Source: Chromera velia (taxonomy: Eukaryota). From it: a DNA stretch of 51,120 bases. A program made the position numbers and the translations under genes. Under the pieces are notes generated by a model. The model did not search any database, was not told the origin of the DNA, and saw only the letters and a list, made by a program, of their open reading frames with translations. Below, piece after piece: positions 9,834-22,489 of the stretch; position 1 is the stretch's first letter, and each line of letters opens with the position of its first letter. The stretch covers positions 1 to 51,120 of the forward strand of contig JAHBMJ010000317.1 of the NCBI GenBank assembly GCA_018398765.1. The letters run 5' to 3'.

Positions 9834-11819
9834 TCATGTGACAAAGTCTAGGACAAAGTGAGCAGGAAATTGGTCAACCTCAAACGCGTCAAAAGAAAAA
9901 CCTGGGTCAGAATTTAAGACGAAAGGATGGTCTGAGGGGAGACCAACTTTGCGAGGCCATCGGGGACAGGTTTTCCCCAACAGCGATGGTTCGCTCCCCC
10001 CCCCTCTGTCTGCACGACCGTCCCTGACTCCATCCCGACATTCCCAATCCACCTCACCCGTTCCCTCATCTTCCTCTGATCCCCTCTCCAGGACTGAGAC
10101 GGAAGAAAGAGGACGTCCGGAGAGGCCTCCTTGTAGGGAGAAGGTTCTCTTGGCCTTTTGGTAGTGCTCTCCCAAATTCTTTAGCGCCATGTACGTGAAA
10201 CGATTTGATGAACCTTCTTGAGAAGAAAAGTTGCCCCCGTCTAATCCGACCTTTTGGCTTTCAGTCCCTGTGGGTTGCAAAAAGTCTGTCCCTGTGGGGG
10301 TGTCCGTTGGATCGGCAATGCAGCCTCTTGCCCTCTTCAACAGACGGTCTTCTTCTTTCTCTGGAGCACAATCAGATGCTCCTACATCACCCCTGTCAAC
10401 ATCCCCATCCTCGTGTTTCCTCTTCCCAGACACCCGAGACAAGTCCGGAGACGACTGTCGACCCAAGCCTGAGGGAAGATGAGGACTGTTCTTTTCTGAA
10501 GGTGTAAGTGCAGAGAGGATGAGTGTAGCCAGACGGGCAGTGAAGGCTTTAGAGACCATCGGGGCGTGGGGGGGGAGGACGGGGGTGGTGGTGGGAGGAA
10601 AAGGGGAAGCATTGAGGAGAGAGGAGACGGGGACCCCCTCGGTGTCCTTGGATTTGGCTGTCTTCTCTCTTTGATTGGCCGAAACAGCCCACTTTCCATT
10701 CACCCCTTGCTCCTGCTGTGTTTTCTCCTTCTTTGCTTTGCCTCCCTTGACCCCGTGCCGCCTGCCCGTTTGGGAGACGATGAAATCAGCTAGTGCAAAA
10801 CGGCAGCAAGGAGACGCGATTGCAGAGGAGGCAGTCAGCCAGACAATTGAAGTCCCGGCAGCAGGTGAGGGAGAAGACTGAGGAGGGGGAAACCCACTTC
10901 CCTTCTCTCTTTCCCCTATCCCCCCTTGTTCATCTGTAGCCATGAACGCAGAAGCATCCACATAATCCACATGCTTCTCTTCCTTGGCCCTCTTTCCTCC
11001 CCGGCCAAGTGGAGGACAGGCTTCCGACGCCATCGCTTCTCTTGAACGAGGAAACACCACTGAAGTTCGCGCAATGCGCACAGACCGTGTCTCGGAGGGC
11101 ACCTCAGTTCTCGGGACGAGACACTCCTTCGCTAACTTGCTGTCAAAAACAGCGCCCCCAATCACGAGAGTGGAGATGGGTACTGACGACTCAGCAGAAC
11201 AGAAGCTTCCCTCTCCAGGCGAAGACACGATCCTGCACAAGCACACGAGCATGTGCGTTCGTCAAGCAGACTGTTCTTTTGTCTCTCCACTTGGTTGATG
11301 AAAAAGGTGGTTCCAGACCCATACTGGCCGAGGGGGGTCCTACAGACATGATTTTGCCATCTCACCCCTCCCACTAATCGAAAAAAGCAAACAAGCATGT
11401 GTGGCAAGCTGCACAAGTCACAGACAAAAGAACTCAATTAGAGAAACAAACCTGCCCGCCTACCTGCAGAACACCCCATAAGACCGGAGTCCCCGCTCCA
11501 ACTCGACAATTGCCTGTTCACTTCCCTCTCCTCCTCTTCGGAATGTTTTACGTGTCGTCCTTTCTGCCCTCCGGCTTCTTGAGACCCTCAAAGCCAGTCT
11601 CCTTCCAAGCACTCCCGACAGAATGCCGCCCTGCCAGCCCAGACCGCCCCACCTCCTCAGCTTGTCAGAGCAGCTGAAGGAGACGGTCCGTCTCCTCGGA
11701 GGAAGGTCCGACCTCCCCGCCTTCCAACGGAGACGGCCTCGACCGTGGAAGTTGCCCCCTTCTTCTCTCTGCATACACGCACAGGCACGCATGCAGGAGG
11801 CAAGCGGCATGCATGAGAG

Positions 11820-11876
<57 letters not shown>

Positions 11877-13441
11877 AGAGGGGGGNNNNNNNNNNNNNNN
11901 NNNNNNNNNNNNNNNNNNNNNNNNNNNNNNNNNNNNNNNNNNNNNNNNNNNNNNNNNNNNNNNNNNNNNNNNNNNNNNNNNNNNNNNNNNNNNNNNNNNN
12001 NNNNNNNNNNNNNNNNNNNNNNNNNNNNNNNNNNNNNNNNNNNNNNNNNNNNNNNNNNNNNNNNNNNNNNNNNNNNNNNNNNNNNNNNNNNNNNNNNNNN
12101 NNNNNNNNNNNNNNNNNNNNNNNNNNNNNNNNNNNNNNNNNNNNNNNNNNNNNNNNNNNNNNNNNNNNNNNNNNNNNNNNNNNNNNNNNNNNNNNNNNNN
12201 NNNNNNNNNNNNNNNNNNNNNNNNNNNNNNNNNNGGGGGGGGGGGGGACGAACACTACATGCAGGAGAGTTGAAGAACAAAGGAGCGAAGCAATTCACGA
12301 TTCACGGTAGGACCAAGAACGTGTATTTCAGCAAACGATCAAAACGCGCCTGCGGGTGTGTGGGCATGCGTGCGACTCGCCTCTCAGGGAGATCGTGCAA
12401 ACAAACGGCAAGCAAATGAACGGAGAAACAGGAAGGAAGAGGAAAAAAAAAAAACGGCAACCGACCGGGTCTTCTTCCTCTCCAAATGCCACCTTTGCTC
12501 CCGTTCTCCAGACGTCTTCTTCTCTTCCTGACCCCCGTCCCTTTTCTCTACCTTTTTCCTCAGTTCTTCTCTCCACACCTTTTTTGCCTTCAGATACTTC
12601 CATCTTGCCTCTTTCTCTGTCTCGTCCCTCTGTGTCTTCTTCTGACTCCCTTCCTTCACCCGTCTCCCCCACCCCACCCGCCAAGAATCCATCTCCTTCT
12701 CCCGACTCTCTTTTTGGATCTCTACCCGGACTCCCCTCCCCCTCTTTCGCTCTCCCTGTTCCTTTGTTCCTTCCACTCACCCCCCTCCCTCCCTGCACCT
12801 CCCCAGCACACAGAGACAGAGACAGAGACGACTGCACAAACGACGGCTCCACCAGAGGAAGGGGAACGAGGGCAGCCTCCCCACAGGGCACCTGCATGAG
12901 GAGGAGGAAGGAAAGTGAAGTGAAGCAAGGAAGCCACGAACAGAGAGATGGACAAAAAGAAAGCTACAGGACAGAGAAAGTCGAGGTGAACAATATACTC
13001 CCGTATTCCGATATCCATCCATATGTGCCCTTCTGTGTGTACGATCCTTTTGCCGAAGATTCGACAGCTTGTCTCTTCTCTTGTGGACAGATCGATGCCG
13101 AGTGAGGAAGCCGAAGCCGAAACGTTTGACGGAGAACCAAAAGGAACAGATGATGAAAAATGCTGTGAATGCAGGAAGGCTGATTCTGCATTCTTCCTCA
13201 TCTCCTTTCTTCACTGACCTGAGAGACGTAGAAGTGAAGCCTGACGTCTTTCCTCAAACGGAGACGGAAGGAAAGGGAACTGAACAGGGACACGAGATCA
13301 TCTGAAGAGTCTGCACAGGGGAGGGAAAAGGACGAAAAAGAAGAAGAAGAACCGCCCCCTTTTTCCTGTGGAGAGACCTCTCCCCTTTCTGGTCTTTCTG
13401 TCTCTAGTCCGTCTACACCCATCAACATTTCCTCATCTGCC

Positions 13442-13476
<35 letters not shown>

Positions 13477-15479
13477 ACAGAGGGCAGAGGCCTCTCCAGA
13501 ACCACCTCGAGGAGAGGAAGAGGAGGGAGAGGACTGGTCTCTGGAACGGCAACTGAAGAAGCGGCTCTGGATGATGGAGCGCAATCTGCCCCTGTGCCTC
13601 CTTTGCTTCCCACCCCAGGTCCGATTTTGGAGACAAAAGTCTTCAGAAGAGCGGCAACACTGTCTAAGGTGGGACAATTCGCATGATAAGATGATGATGA
13701 GGACGAAATTCCCTGTGTTCCTTCCCCTCCCTTTTCTGCCCCACCCTGCTGCTCTACAGGGCAGAAGTCAGCTTCCATCCCTCCCTTCATGGACGCAGAT
13801 GAAGAAGCAACGGCAGCAGCACATGCTGTCGCTGTGTCTTCCTCGCCCCCTCCTTCCTCATGCTCTCCCTCCCTCTTCCTCTTCTCCTCAATTTCCCCCG
13901 TCGCCTTCGACAAACACCCCACAATCCCACCAACTTCCCTCCACAAGTGCCTGCAGAAAGGCAGGCGCGCAGGCGGGCATGGAGGCATGCGGCTGGAGCT
14001 TATCTTGTCGAGATCTTCGAGACATGACAGAAGTCTGTGAATGAATGTCAGCAAAGGGCCCACAGGGGGGGGGGAATCCGGAGAGTTGGAGAGAGAGGCT
14101 TTGACAAACAAATGGACACAGAAACGAAGTCTCAAAGCGCATCCCGAGAAATTCGAAGAACCCTTTCTGTATGTTCCACTCAAAATGAAAAAAACGGGTG
14201 CACGCGTTCACACTGCCTGCCTGCCTGCCTGACTTCTGCACCCACTCACTGACTCACTGACAGTCTGAGGGCCCTCCTGGTGAGGACCTCTGCATGGCAG
14301 TCGTGCACAACGGAGCCGTCTGGGAGAATTCGGTCAAGGCCTGTCTGCACGCAGAGGGAGATGCATGAGAGTGAGGGAACGGCGAGGTGGAAGGGTAGAC
14401 AGATGAATTGAGAAAAGAATCTATTTGGGGAGGGAAGGAATGAAGAGGGAGGCGAATTGTTCAGTCACTTGCTCAAGAGGCCTTCTCGGCGTTCTCTCGA
14501 GTGTGAAGAAAGACTTTCCTTCCACTGCGTCCCATTCAGTGATGACTCTCCGGGTTGAAAGCATTGTGACAATTCGGATGATCTCTTTTTCTCGGGACAA
14601 CAAAGGGCACATCAGAGTCAGAGAAAAAACGGCAGAGTGAAGACGCGAAATGCCGCAACACAACAGCAGAAGAGAAAGTTGACAGAACGCAGTCGCTCCT
14701 CTCTCGTTCAACTGAGTGTCAACGTCAGCATACGTACACATTTTGTTCCAGTGGCGAGACAGACAACCTCCATATTACATGTCGCGACCCTCTTTCCTCT
14801 CTTCCCTGAAGTCGCAACGCCCTCCTGCCGGATGCCTGTGTCGGTGCAAGTGCATGCAACAACGCCCGCCACACATGTCCACTCTTGCCCTGCAAGAGAA
14901 CAAGAAGAACAGCAGACAGCCCCACTCTGGTGTCTCTCTCTGTATGGGCAAGACACCCGCCAGCAGTCAGATTATGCCTGATCGTTCTGTTCCTGCGAAG
15001 TGAAAGGGGGCCAATCACTAAAATCGCCCAGACCGGGAAAGAGAAACTGAGACGAATGAAATGCTCTTAAACTGAAGGGTAACCCAGCAAGTCAGTCGAC
15101 AAACGATATCCAAACAGTGAAATCGAGAAACAAGCCTAAATGAAAGAAAACGAGTACCTCGTTCAGCCAATTGTTCGTCAAGTAGAAACCTTCGGTGGGT
15201 GGGGTCAACGAATCAATTGATATATACATAAGAGAACTCTGTGTACAGTCTGCATGTCTGCCCGCCTGTCAGTCAGTTTCCCAGCTGCCAAACAGCCTTC
15301 CCCCCTTCCCCGGACATTCACTTGAGAATCCCACCCTGCGGCTTTCCGCGTCCTCCCAGAGCCTCATAGGCCTCGATGACCTTCCTTGCAACTTCATCTG
15401 CAGTGCACCCACAGGGCCCTTCTGAACTGCCGTCTCCGTCTCCGTCTCTCTTCCCGTCTCCCAAGTCTCCCCTTTTCAT
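9834..15479 (-). CDS. ADAT1: tRNA-specific adenosine deaminase 1 (ADAT1/Tad1, ADAR-type deaminase domain); multi-exon, spans an assembly gap
   Basis: Ordered family motifs on successive minus-strand exons: ADEVARKVIEAYEALGGRGKPQ (~15400-15340), EWTCVAGVV...VVCLATGTKC (~14890-14740), VHDCHAEVLTRRAL (~14310-14265), VRLHFYVSQ|VPCGEA, DVWRTGAK, RLRWKAGRSDLPPRRRTVSFSCSDKLRRWGGLGWQGGILS, PISTLVIG, AGTSIVW, TYMALKNLGEHYQKAK...WPRK. No dsRBD seen. Start ATG at 15479 inferred; not all exon edges resolved. Confidence 0.9.
11886..12234. other. Assembly gap (N run) flanked by (CT)n(CA)n microsatellite and poly-G
   Basis: Run of n between G homopolymers. Confidence 0.99.
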
Positions 15480-16121
15480 GGGGACGTTGAGAACTGCTTC
15501 GTTTCAGTCAGATCCATGGAATCGTTTCTCACCTCCTTGAACCACGCAGACTATCAGTGAGAGGGGATAAGACAACCCGACACGTTGTGGAAGAGGTCAG
15601 GATTTCTATCTGCACGAACCTATATATTCATCCTTTCTAATTCGCAATTTGGTAACAGAAATTGTCCAAAGCGATGTCAGATCTCCTCTTCTGTTCAGAA
15701 GTGCATAAGACAGCCTTCGGCTCACTTCTTCTCACTTGTGACCACGCGTAGACGGTCAATTTCCATCGATATTCTGGTGAATAAGTGTTCTGAGAGTCCT
15801 GAGATGTCCTGAGAGATACTGCATGCATGAGTCTGCATGCATGCCGGAGCCCCTCATCGCGCGGGCATGCAGTGCATGGGTCCAATGTGTGTATGCATGG
15901 GCCCTCGTGGGCCCGCAGGCGAGCCACACCGGAGACAGACAAGTATACAGGTCGACTTCATCCCGGCCGGCTCCACCGTTTCTCGTCATTCTTTCATGCA
16001 CAGAAGACCCTTGTAGCAACACGGGTGTAAAAGTCGTGAGAGAGGAGCACCTGCACTCAAACCAGGATCCTGGCCGATTGAGCTCTTCTACTGCACTTCG
16101 GGGGAGACGGGAGAAGAAACG

Positions 16122-16853
16122 ATGGGGGTGTTGGGTGCAGTTTCCGCTGCCTTCCTGTTCGTCGTCACAGTTCATTGTAGGGCGAACTCTCACAGTCCGG
16201 GTTTTCTGTGCAGGCCCTTTCAAAGCCATGTCTCTCGGGGTAGTCTTCGGTTAAAAGGGCCTCAAAGTTTACGAGACGGCTCGAGACGGCACTTGTTGAC
16301 ATCACTCCCGTCTCTATCACAAAGTAGTCAGAACTCCCCAATTTCTGCGGAGAAGGAAGGCCTGCGTCCACATGTCGCAGCAGTGGGGGAGTTTACCATG
16401 CAAGGTGTGGATTCTCTTTTGGAAAGAGCTCAAAGGGTGTGGAGAGAAAGAGGGGGCGCCTTTCTTATACTCGCTGTGGTTCTGAGCGTGTCTCTGTTTC
16501 GTCTATGGTGCTCTGTGGGGGGTTCCGTGGTGGGTATCCCTGTAGGCGCGTTGCTTCCCCCCACAGCGGCAGCGTTACCGGGGGAAGAGCTGCTCTTCGA
16601 CTCTAAGTTCCTGTGGTCTCCTCAAACGACTGCGCTGTCTCTAGGGGAACGGATCGGGATGGAGATGACCTTCTTCGCACAAAAGTACAGGACACTGTAC
16701 AATGTGAGGCAGTTCATGACTTTGTTGGTGTCTGTTTCACTGATAACAGGGTTGTATAAATTCGGACTCTCGGCCGTGAAGTTTGTGGAGGCTCAAAACG
16801 AGCAGGTGAAGAGAGACCAAATGGATTTTATGGAAGATGACGACGATATCTGA
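16122..16853 (+). CDS. Hypothetical single-exon membrane protein with signal peptide and transit-peptide-like N-terminus
   Basis: 243-aa ATG-initiated ORF divergent from ADAT1: hydrophobic N-terminus, then an S/R-rich acid-poor stretch starting SPGFL, two hydrophobic segments and an acidic C-terminus. Confidence 0.7.
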   Translation: MGVLGAVSAAFLFVVTVHCRANSHSPGFLCRPFQSHVSRGSLRLKGPQSLRDGSRRHLLTSLPSLSQSSQNSPISAEKEGLRPHVAAVGEFTMQGVDSLLERAQRVWRERGGAFLILAVVLSVSLFRLWCSVGGSVVGIPVGALLPPTAAALPGEELLFDSKFLWSPQTTALSLGERIGMEMTFFAQKYRTLYNVRQFMTLLVSVSLITGLYKFGLSAVKFVEAQNEQVKRDQMDFMEDDDDI

Positions 16854-16954
16854 TTGGGTGTCGGGGTGAAACGGAGACGTGGAACAGATTGGGAATGGAA
16901 ACATGCGACAGAGTGATCGACTACCACAAAACTGATATGGAAAATAGTTTATTT

Positions 16955-17890
16955 ATCTTTGCTCTGCGCAGCTCTTTTGTGCTCTTCCCTCCTCTAGTCT
17001 TTCCTTCTTTTTTTCCCTCTCTCTTTCTCTTCTCTTCCCTAACCTTCCCTTCCCTTCCCTTCCCTTCCGTTCACTTCCCTTGTTTTCTCTTCCTTCTCTT
17101 GCGCTCCCTCCCCTCCCCTTCCCTTCCCTTGTTTTTTCTTCCTTCTCTTGCACTCCCTCCCCTTCCCTTCCCTTCCCTGCCCTTGTTTTCTCTTCCTTCT
17201 CTTGCACTCCCTCCCCTTCCCTAGCTTCCTTTCCATTCTTCCTCTCTTGTCTTTTTTTCCTCTTCTCTTCCCTTCGTTCCCGCCTTCTTGCTGGTTCTCT
17301 CATTTTCACCTCTGGGTTTCTCTCTTCTCACCCCCCTTCTCTCCTACGTCATCATCTTCCTTTCTTTCCTGTTCGGCTGTACTTTTTTGTGTTCTCCTCT
17401 CTCCCTCTCCTCTCCTCTTCTCTCGTGTACATTCTGTCCTCTTGTCTGCTGTTCTCCACCCCCTTCGACTCTTTCCTCTTTTCTTTTGCCCTCTCGGACC
17501 TTCGTTCTATTCTTTTCTCCTGTCCCCCGTTCTCTTTCCTTTCTATTCTTTCCCTTCCCTTCCCTTCGTCTTCTCTCCTCTCCTTATCTCTTCTCTTCTC
17601 TTCTCTTCTCTTTTCTTTTCTTCTCTTCTCAGCTGCTCTCTTGTCTGCCTTCCTATTCTTTTCTCGTCTCTCGTTTCTTCTTTCCTCCTCGCTTCCTAGA
17701 TCGCCTCTCTGCTCCTCTTCCCTCTTCTCCCCTCGTCTCCTCCGTCCTCTCCTCCTCTCTCCTGCGCCTCTCTCTCGTCTCCTCCACTCTACTTTTAGTA
17801 CTTTACTCTCTTCTCTTCCCTTCTCTTCATTCTCCTCTCCTGATTTCTCCGAATCAAGTTTCCTGTCAGGCTCTTCTCTTCTTCTCTTTT
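16955..17890. repeat. ~0.9 kb polypyrimidine/polypurine low-complexity tract with degenerate ~50-bp tandem units
   Basis: Almost only C/T on the + strand; the unit TTGTTTTCTCTTCCTTCTCTTGCRCTCCCTCCCC recurs three times at ~17080-17220. Confidence 0.9.
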
Positions 17891-19622
17891 CAAGTTTCCC
17901 ATTCCTTCAAGTTGTTTCGCAAGTTGTCCGTTTGTGTTCGTTTCGATGTATATTATTCTAACTACTTTCGAATCAAAGTTTCGATCATTTTCATTACTTT
18001 TTAAATCCTTTTTAAATTCACTAACTCTTTGACAGTATTTTTTTCCCGTGTATACTAGCGTGCATGTATATAGGTTGGCTAGGAACTTAGCCTACAGGTT
18101 TAATTTTTTTTAATACTGTTTATTGATTGTGTCTAGGATTTCCAGTGTTCAGTGCTGGTATAAGGAACGTATAGCAGCAGCTAAAACTATAACCAGAGAA
18201 TATCATCATATCATGAGATTGAGATAAAAAAATGTACGTTGAATCAAAAACATAACGTAACGTTGTGTATTATGTGTAATCGTCGCTGGACTGAGCGGAC
18301 TCTATCACACCCCCTGTTAATAGCAATCATATAGCCAGTAAAACTTAGAATGTTTAACATTCATGATATAAAAAATAACTGAATTTAAACTTACGCAAAT
18401 CTATAGAGATAGGGGACATTTTTTTAGTATGAGTTTCTAGCAGCGTTGCCTTATAAGACTTAACTTAAATATAGTTAAATTTACAACTATGGGGGTGTTA
18501 AATCTCTAAACTAGTCTCTTAAAAAAAAATATAGCTACAGATGGTCCTAGACATGGTCCGGTCCCTATAAACTTTAATTTAAGTGTGGGACTTGTCATAT
18601 TAACTTTAGATACTACTAAAGACCAGCCTAGTCACCAGCTAGGTTACTAGCCTTATACTGACAGCATGATGCAAAGATTTTACGAATTCTCACTTTCACG
18701 CATCTCCAGTTGAAGTGTGGATGTCTTTCTTTGATCAACCCACCGCCTCATTGCTCCAAGGACATCAATGCTCCCCCCTTTTCAGTTCCTCCTCTGCGTG
18801 TTTCAATTTGTTTTTGCGCCATCTCAGCCGACCGCCTTCTGAAGGCAGGCTGAGAGTGCATTCCCTCCAGAAACTCAACCGATCCCTGCACGACTGCCTG
18901 CACTGACTGCCCCTGCTGGCGATTTACGATTTCGTGTTTCCTCCACGCAGTCTGCCATGATGCTTTCCCTTCCCCCTCTCTCCCTCATGAAAGAAGCTGC
19001 ATGCCATACCGATCTTCTTTCTTCCCTCCATTGCAGAAAGGAAAGAAATGAAGGAACGCACTTCGCGCATCGCGTCGAAATAACGATTTGTCGCTCGTCG
19101 CTGGTTGTTTGACAGCCGGACTGTGGGGGGTGTTAGTGAACTGAGTGAATACTGTGGTATCATGTGCATGCACGCGTGGCATACAGATGGATGAAAAGGT
19201 ACGTCGGGGAATTCTTGTCGGATAAATAGAACGACCACATGAATGTCGGACAGCGTTTGCCCCCTCCAAAAAACTTTTTTTTTTTCTCCCATCCAGCAAC
19301 TCCCGCATAAGCTTCCATCCCGCTCTACCGCTCTCACGTCTCCTTTTCTTTTCTTTCCTTTCTCTTCATCGCTTGTGATTTTTCATTCGGGGTCCTTCCA
19401 CTTCCATCCTTCCAAGTTTGAACCCTGCCACCAATCAAATTTCCCGTCTCCCGACTTGTAATTTCCCCCCCTCTTGTCCCGCCTCCCATTGGCTTCGAGC
19501 ATCTCACACACTCACGCAGTCTTTCTCCTTCACTCACTCCATGCACTTAAGACGAAATGAAAAAGAACCAAAGAAAAGAAGGAAAACAACGGACAGACAG
19601 ACGGAGACCAACAGTTCGTCGG

Positions 19623-21535
19623 TCACCTCGGTCCTCTGCCCTCGAGCAGCTGCAGCCCTCTGAGGACTGTCGCCAATTTTCCGTACAGACCGACGAACTG
19701 CTCCATGTTCACTGCCATGTCTGCGTCTCTAAAGATCGCATCCAACGCAGACTCCCATGTGGCCTCGTCGGCATCCTGTCCTCCCGCCAGTCTCCTCTCC
19801 CCCAGCTGTCTGAGAACGTTGCGTGCGTCGAAGGTTGAGACCAGGTCGCCGCCCTCTCCCTGCAGACCAACAATTTGAACAGACAGACGCAAAACAGAAA
19901 AATAATACACCCAAAGACAGCCAGAAAGACAAGGTGGGATCACTAAAACAACACGTTTGAGATACCATGCCGGTTGCGGTTATTCAACGCAACTAACAGA
20001 AACAGAGACGTGGCGAGGGAGGGAAGCGACCCGCACACAACCACGAAGACAACATGGCAAGCAGACAAGCAGAAAGGCAGGAAGGTAAAACGGTGGAGAA
20101 AAGAGGAACAATACAGAAGCTAGGACAAGAAGAAGAAGAAGAACAAAAAGAAACGGACGACCACACACAAATACAGACAGACCTGTCCAGCCGGTTCCAT
20201 TCTTGTGAAGACAGAGATGGCCCTCTGTTCGGAGATAGCGTTGGATCGCAGGAGGTCCATAAAATTGTCGAAAGGGACCGTCATGGATTCGTCCAAGGCA
20301 GTCATCACCTGCGCACACGCGTCAATTTTTGTAGAGACGGCAGTATTTATGTATTAATACAAGTGTGCATGTACAACATCACACCAGACCAACATATACA
20401 TCAGAAAAGAAGAGGGAGGACACGAGAGGTGTTGGCTACTTCAGGACATGCGTCGTCAAGAAGAATGGCACGCCAGAAGAGTTTCTTTCTGAGCATCTGA
20501 AGAGAAGCGGATACCTACCAGTCGGTGTTTCGTCAGAGCCCTTCCTTCACAATCTTCTCACTGGATTCCTTTCTTTACAATTCTGCGTCTGGTTGTATTC
20601 GTCTCTCCCTCTCTCTCTCTCTCCCTTTTTTTTTTTTCTGTGCTTGTGTGTGTGTATGTGTGTGTGTGTGTATGTGCGTGCATCTCTGTGCGTGTGTGCC
20701 TGGCGAATGTAATTAGAAAAAACAACATGTGATGTCACCTGCCCTGTCTACATGCCTGGCTCCTTAGCCACTCGTTCAACACATCTTTCTTCCTGCATAC
20801 CGACTAATCACGCTCTCTGCTCTCTATCTGTCTATCTATCTATCTGTCTGCCTGTCCCTCCCATCCTGATGTTTCTGAGTCCGGCATGAAGCCTTTCCTC
20901 TTTCCTACGCCTCCTCTCTGCACCTCGCCCCAGCCTCGTTCTTCAGCCGCCCCCCCACAAACCCCTTCCTAACCTTTTCACCACAGACCTCTGCATCATA
21001 TTCATTTCATGAAACCAAGTCGGCAATCCAGGTGACCGACCTTTTCGTCAAACTCCTCGGGCTTGATCGTAGTGTAGTGCAGAAGGAAGTCCCGCATCTT
21101 CGGAATCGAGTCCAGACCGCACCGTCCCGACTGCTCGGGGTCCCAGGCCTCGAAGATGTCGGACACCAGACGGAAGTCGCAGGCCTCAGGGTCCTGCAAC
21201 ACGTCCTCTCGGGTCAACTGAGAGGAGGCGGGCTCCTGAGGTGGCTCCCATCCACCCACCTCCTCCTGCTGTGCTGTGGGAGAGGCATAGGCAGGCTCGT
21301 ATGGGTTCTCATAGTTCGCACTCGCCGGGGAAGGCTCCTGGGGGGGTTCATCAGCAGGGGAGGCAAAGCTGGGGGGGGGCTCATACGCGTTGGTGGGGCT
21401 GGCTCCTCTGGGTGCGTTCGAGTTGGAGAGTCCTGTCCCGGTCGTCGGAGAGGGGCCTGAGGTGTCGGGCATGTTTGTCAGACGGGTGGTGGTGTTCGGG
21501 GTGGGCCGACCGGAGTTTCCTCCCTTGAATCTCAT
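19623..21535 (-). CDS. EF-hand protein (calmodulin/myosin-light-chain-like, degenerate) with Pro/Ser-rich N-terminal extension; exons 21535-21041, 20308-20183, 19859-19623
   Basis: GT-AG introns join three phase-0 exons in frame: DIFEAWDPEQSGRCG...FDEK|VMTALDESMTVPFDNFMDLL...AISVFTRME|...DARNVLRQLGE...VNMEQFVGLY. Start Met uncertain (21535 or 21472). Confidence 0.72.
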
Positions 21536-22489
21536 CTCATTCTTTGTTGTGGCACCTCCCTGTCTGCAGCCATTGGAGAGCACGGAGAATATGCAAGGGA
21601 AGATTGACAAAGGTAAGAGAAAATCGTATCCGTGCCTCGGACTCACTTGCAACAGGCTGTGAGGTCGCAGTTCGTCAGCGCGTTTCCCATTGTGTCACCT
21701 TCAATTCAAATGCGGACCGATGAGGACGGAGAATCCGAAACAGCAAATGCCTTTCTGGAGAATGGCACACTGTTGGAGAGTGGGTCGTGATTAGACAGAC
21801 AACACAGTGGCACTGTAGGTGCAGACAGAGGAAGGGAACCGAAGTCGTTCCTGTCAATACATTCAGCAACTCAGCTAGTCGAAGTGTCTGCTCAGTGCTC
21901 ACACGGAGACTATGTCATAGGCAGGTGTGCGCCTGTAAACAGCTTGAAACCAGGTGTCTTCTGCCTCCGAACGACCATCGGTCAGTCAGAGACACATGCA
22001 TCGCTTGACTCCGGCGGCTTGAGGGATGCTTGAGGGGCACGTAAAAGAAACTTTTGTTCGGCGGGTCTCCCTTTAAATTCAGCTTCGCACGCGCGGATCG
22101 CATCGGCGCGCGGTCGAGTTTTGACTTTCCCAGCGGTCCCCGAAAGCATGCAGGCGCGTCTGCACGGCGCATGCAGCTATAGAGACAGATCATGACAGAT
22201 AAAAAAATTTCCCGAATGTCCACTTCAATCCCCGGCCCCCTCTTCGTGTTTCTTGCCAGGTGGCGGAAACGGTGAAGTGAATTTTTGAAACCCCGAAGAG
22301 TCCATTGTCACCTGAGCTTTCTGCTTCTTTGCCCTCTTGAATCACTCAAAAGCCCGCAGGACGAACTGTAAAGTCGTTTCTGATTTGGCTCCGCGTGTAC
22401 CGTCGTCTGTTGCCTGATAGTAGTTCACTTCAAAAACAGGAATCCTTTCCCGGAAGGCGCGACCCTTAAAAAAAAAGTATTGACAAAAG

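Noticed and set aside
9834..15479. ADAT1 as the cause of the neighbouring transition bias
   Set aside because: ADAT1 is a housekeeping tRNA-Ala A37 editing enzyme. The repeat changes point to cytosine loss (CG to TG/CA), so adjacency is probably chance.
16889..18004. ORFs of 111-293 aa
   Set aside because: Artefacts of the C/T tract (S/L/P/F-only translations).
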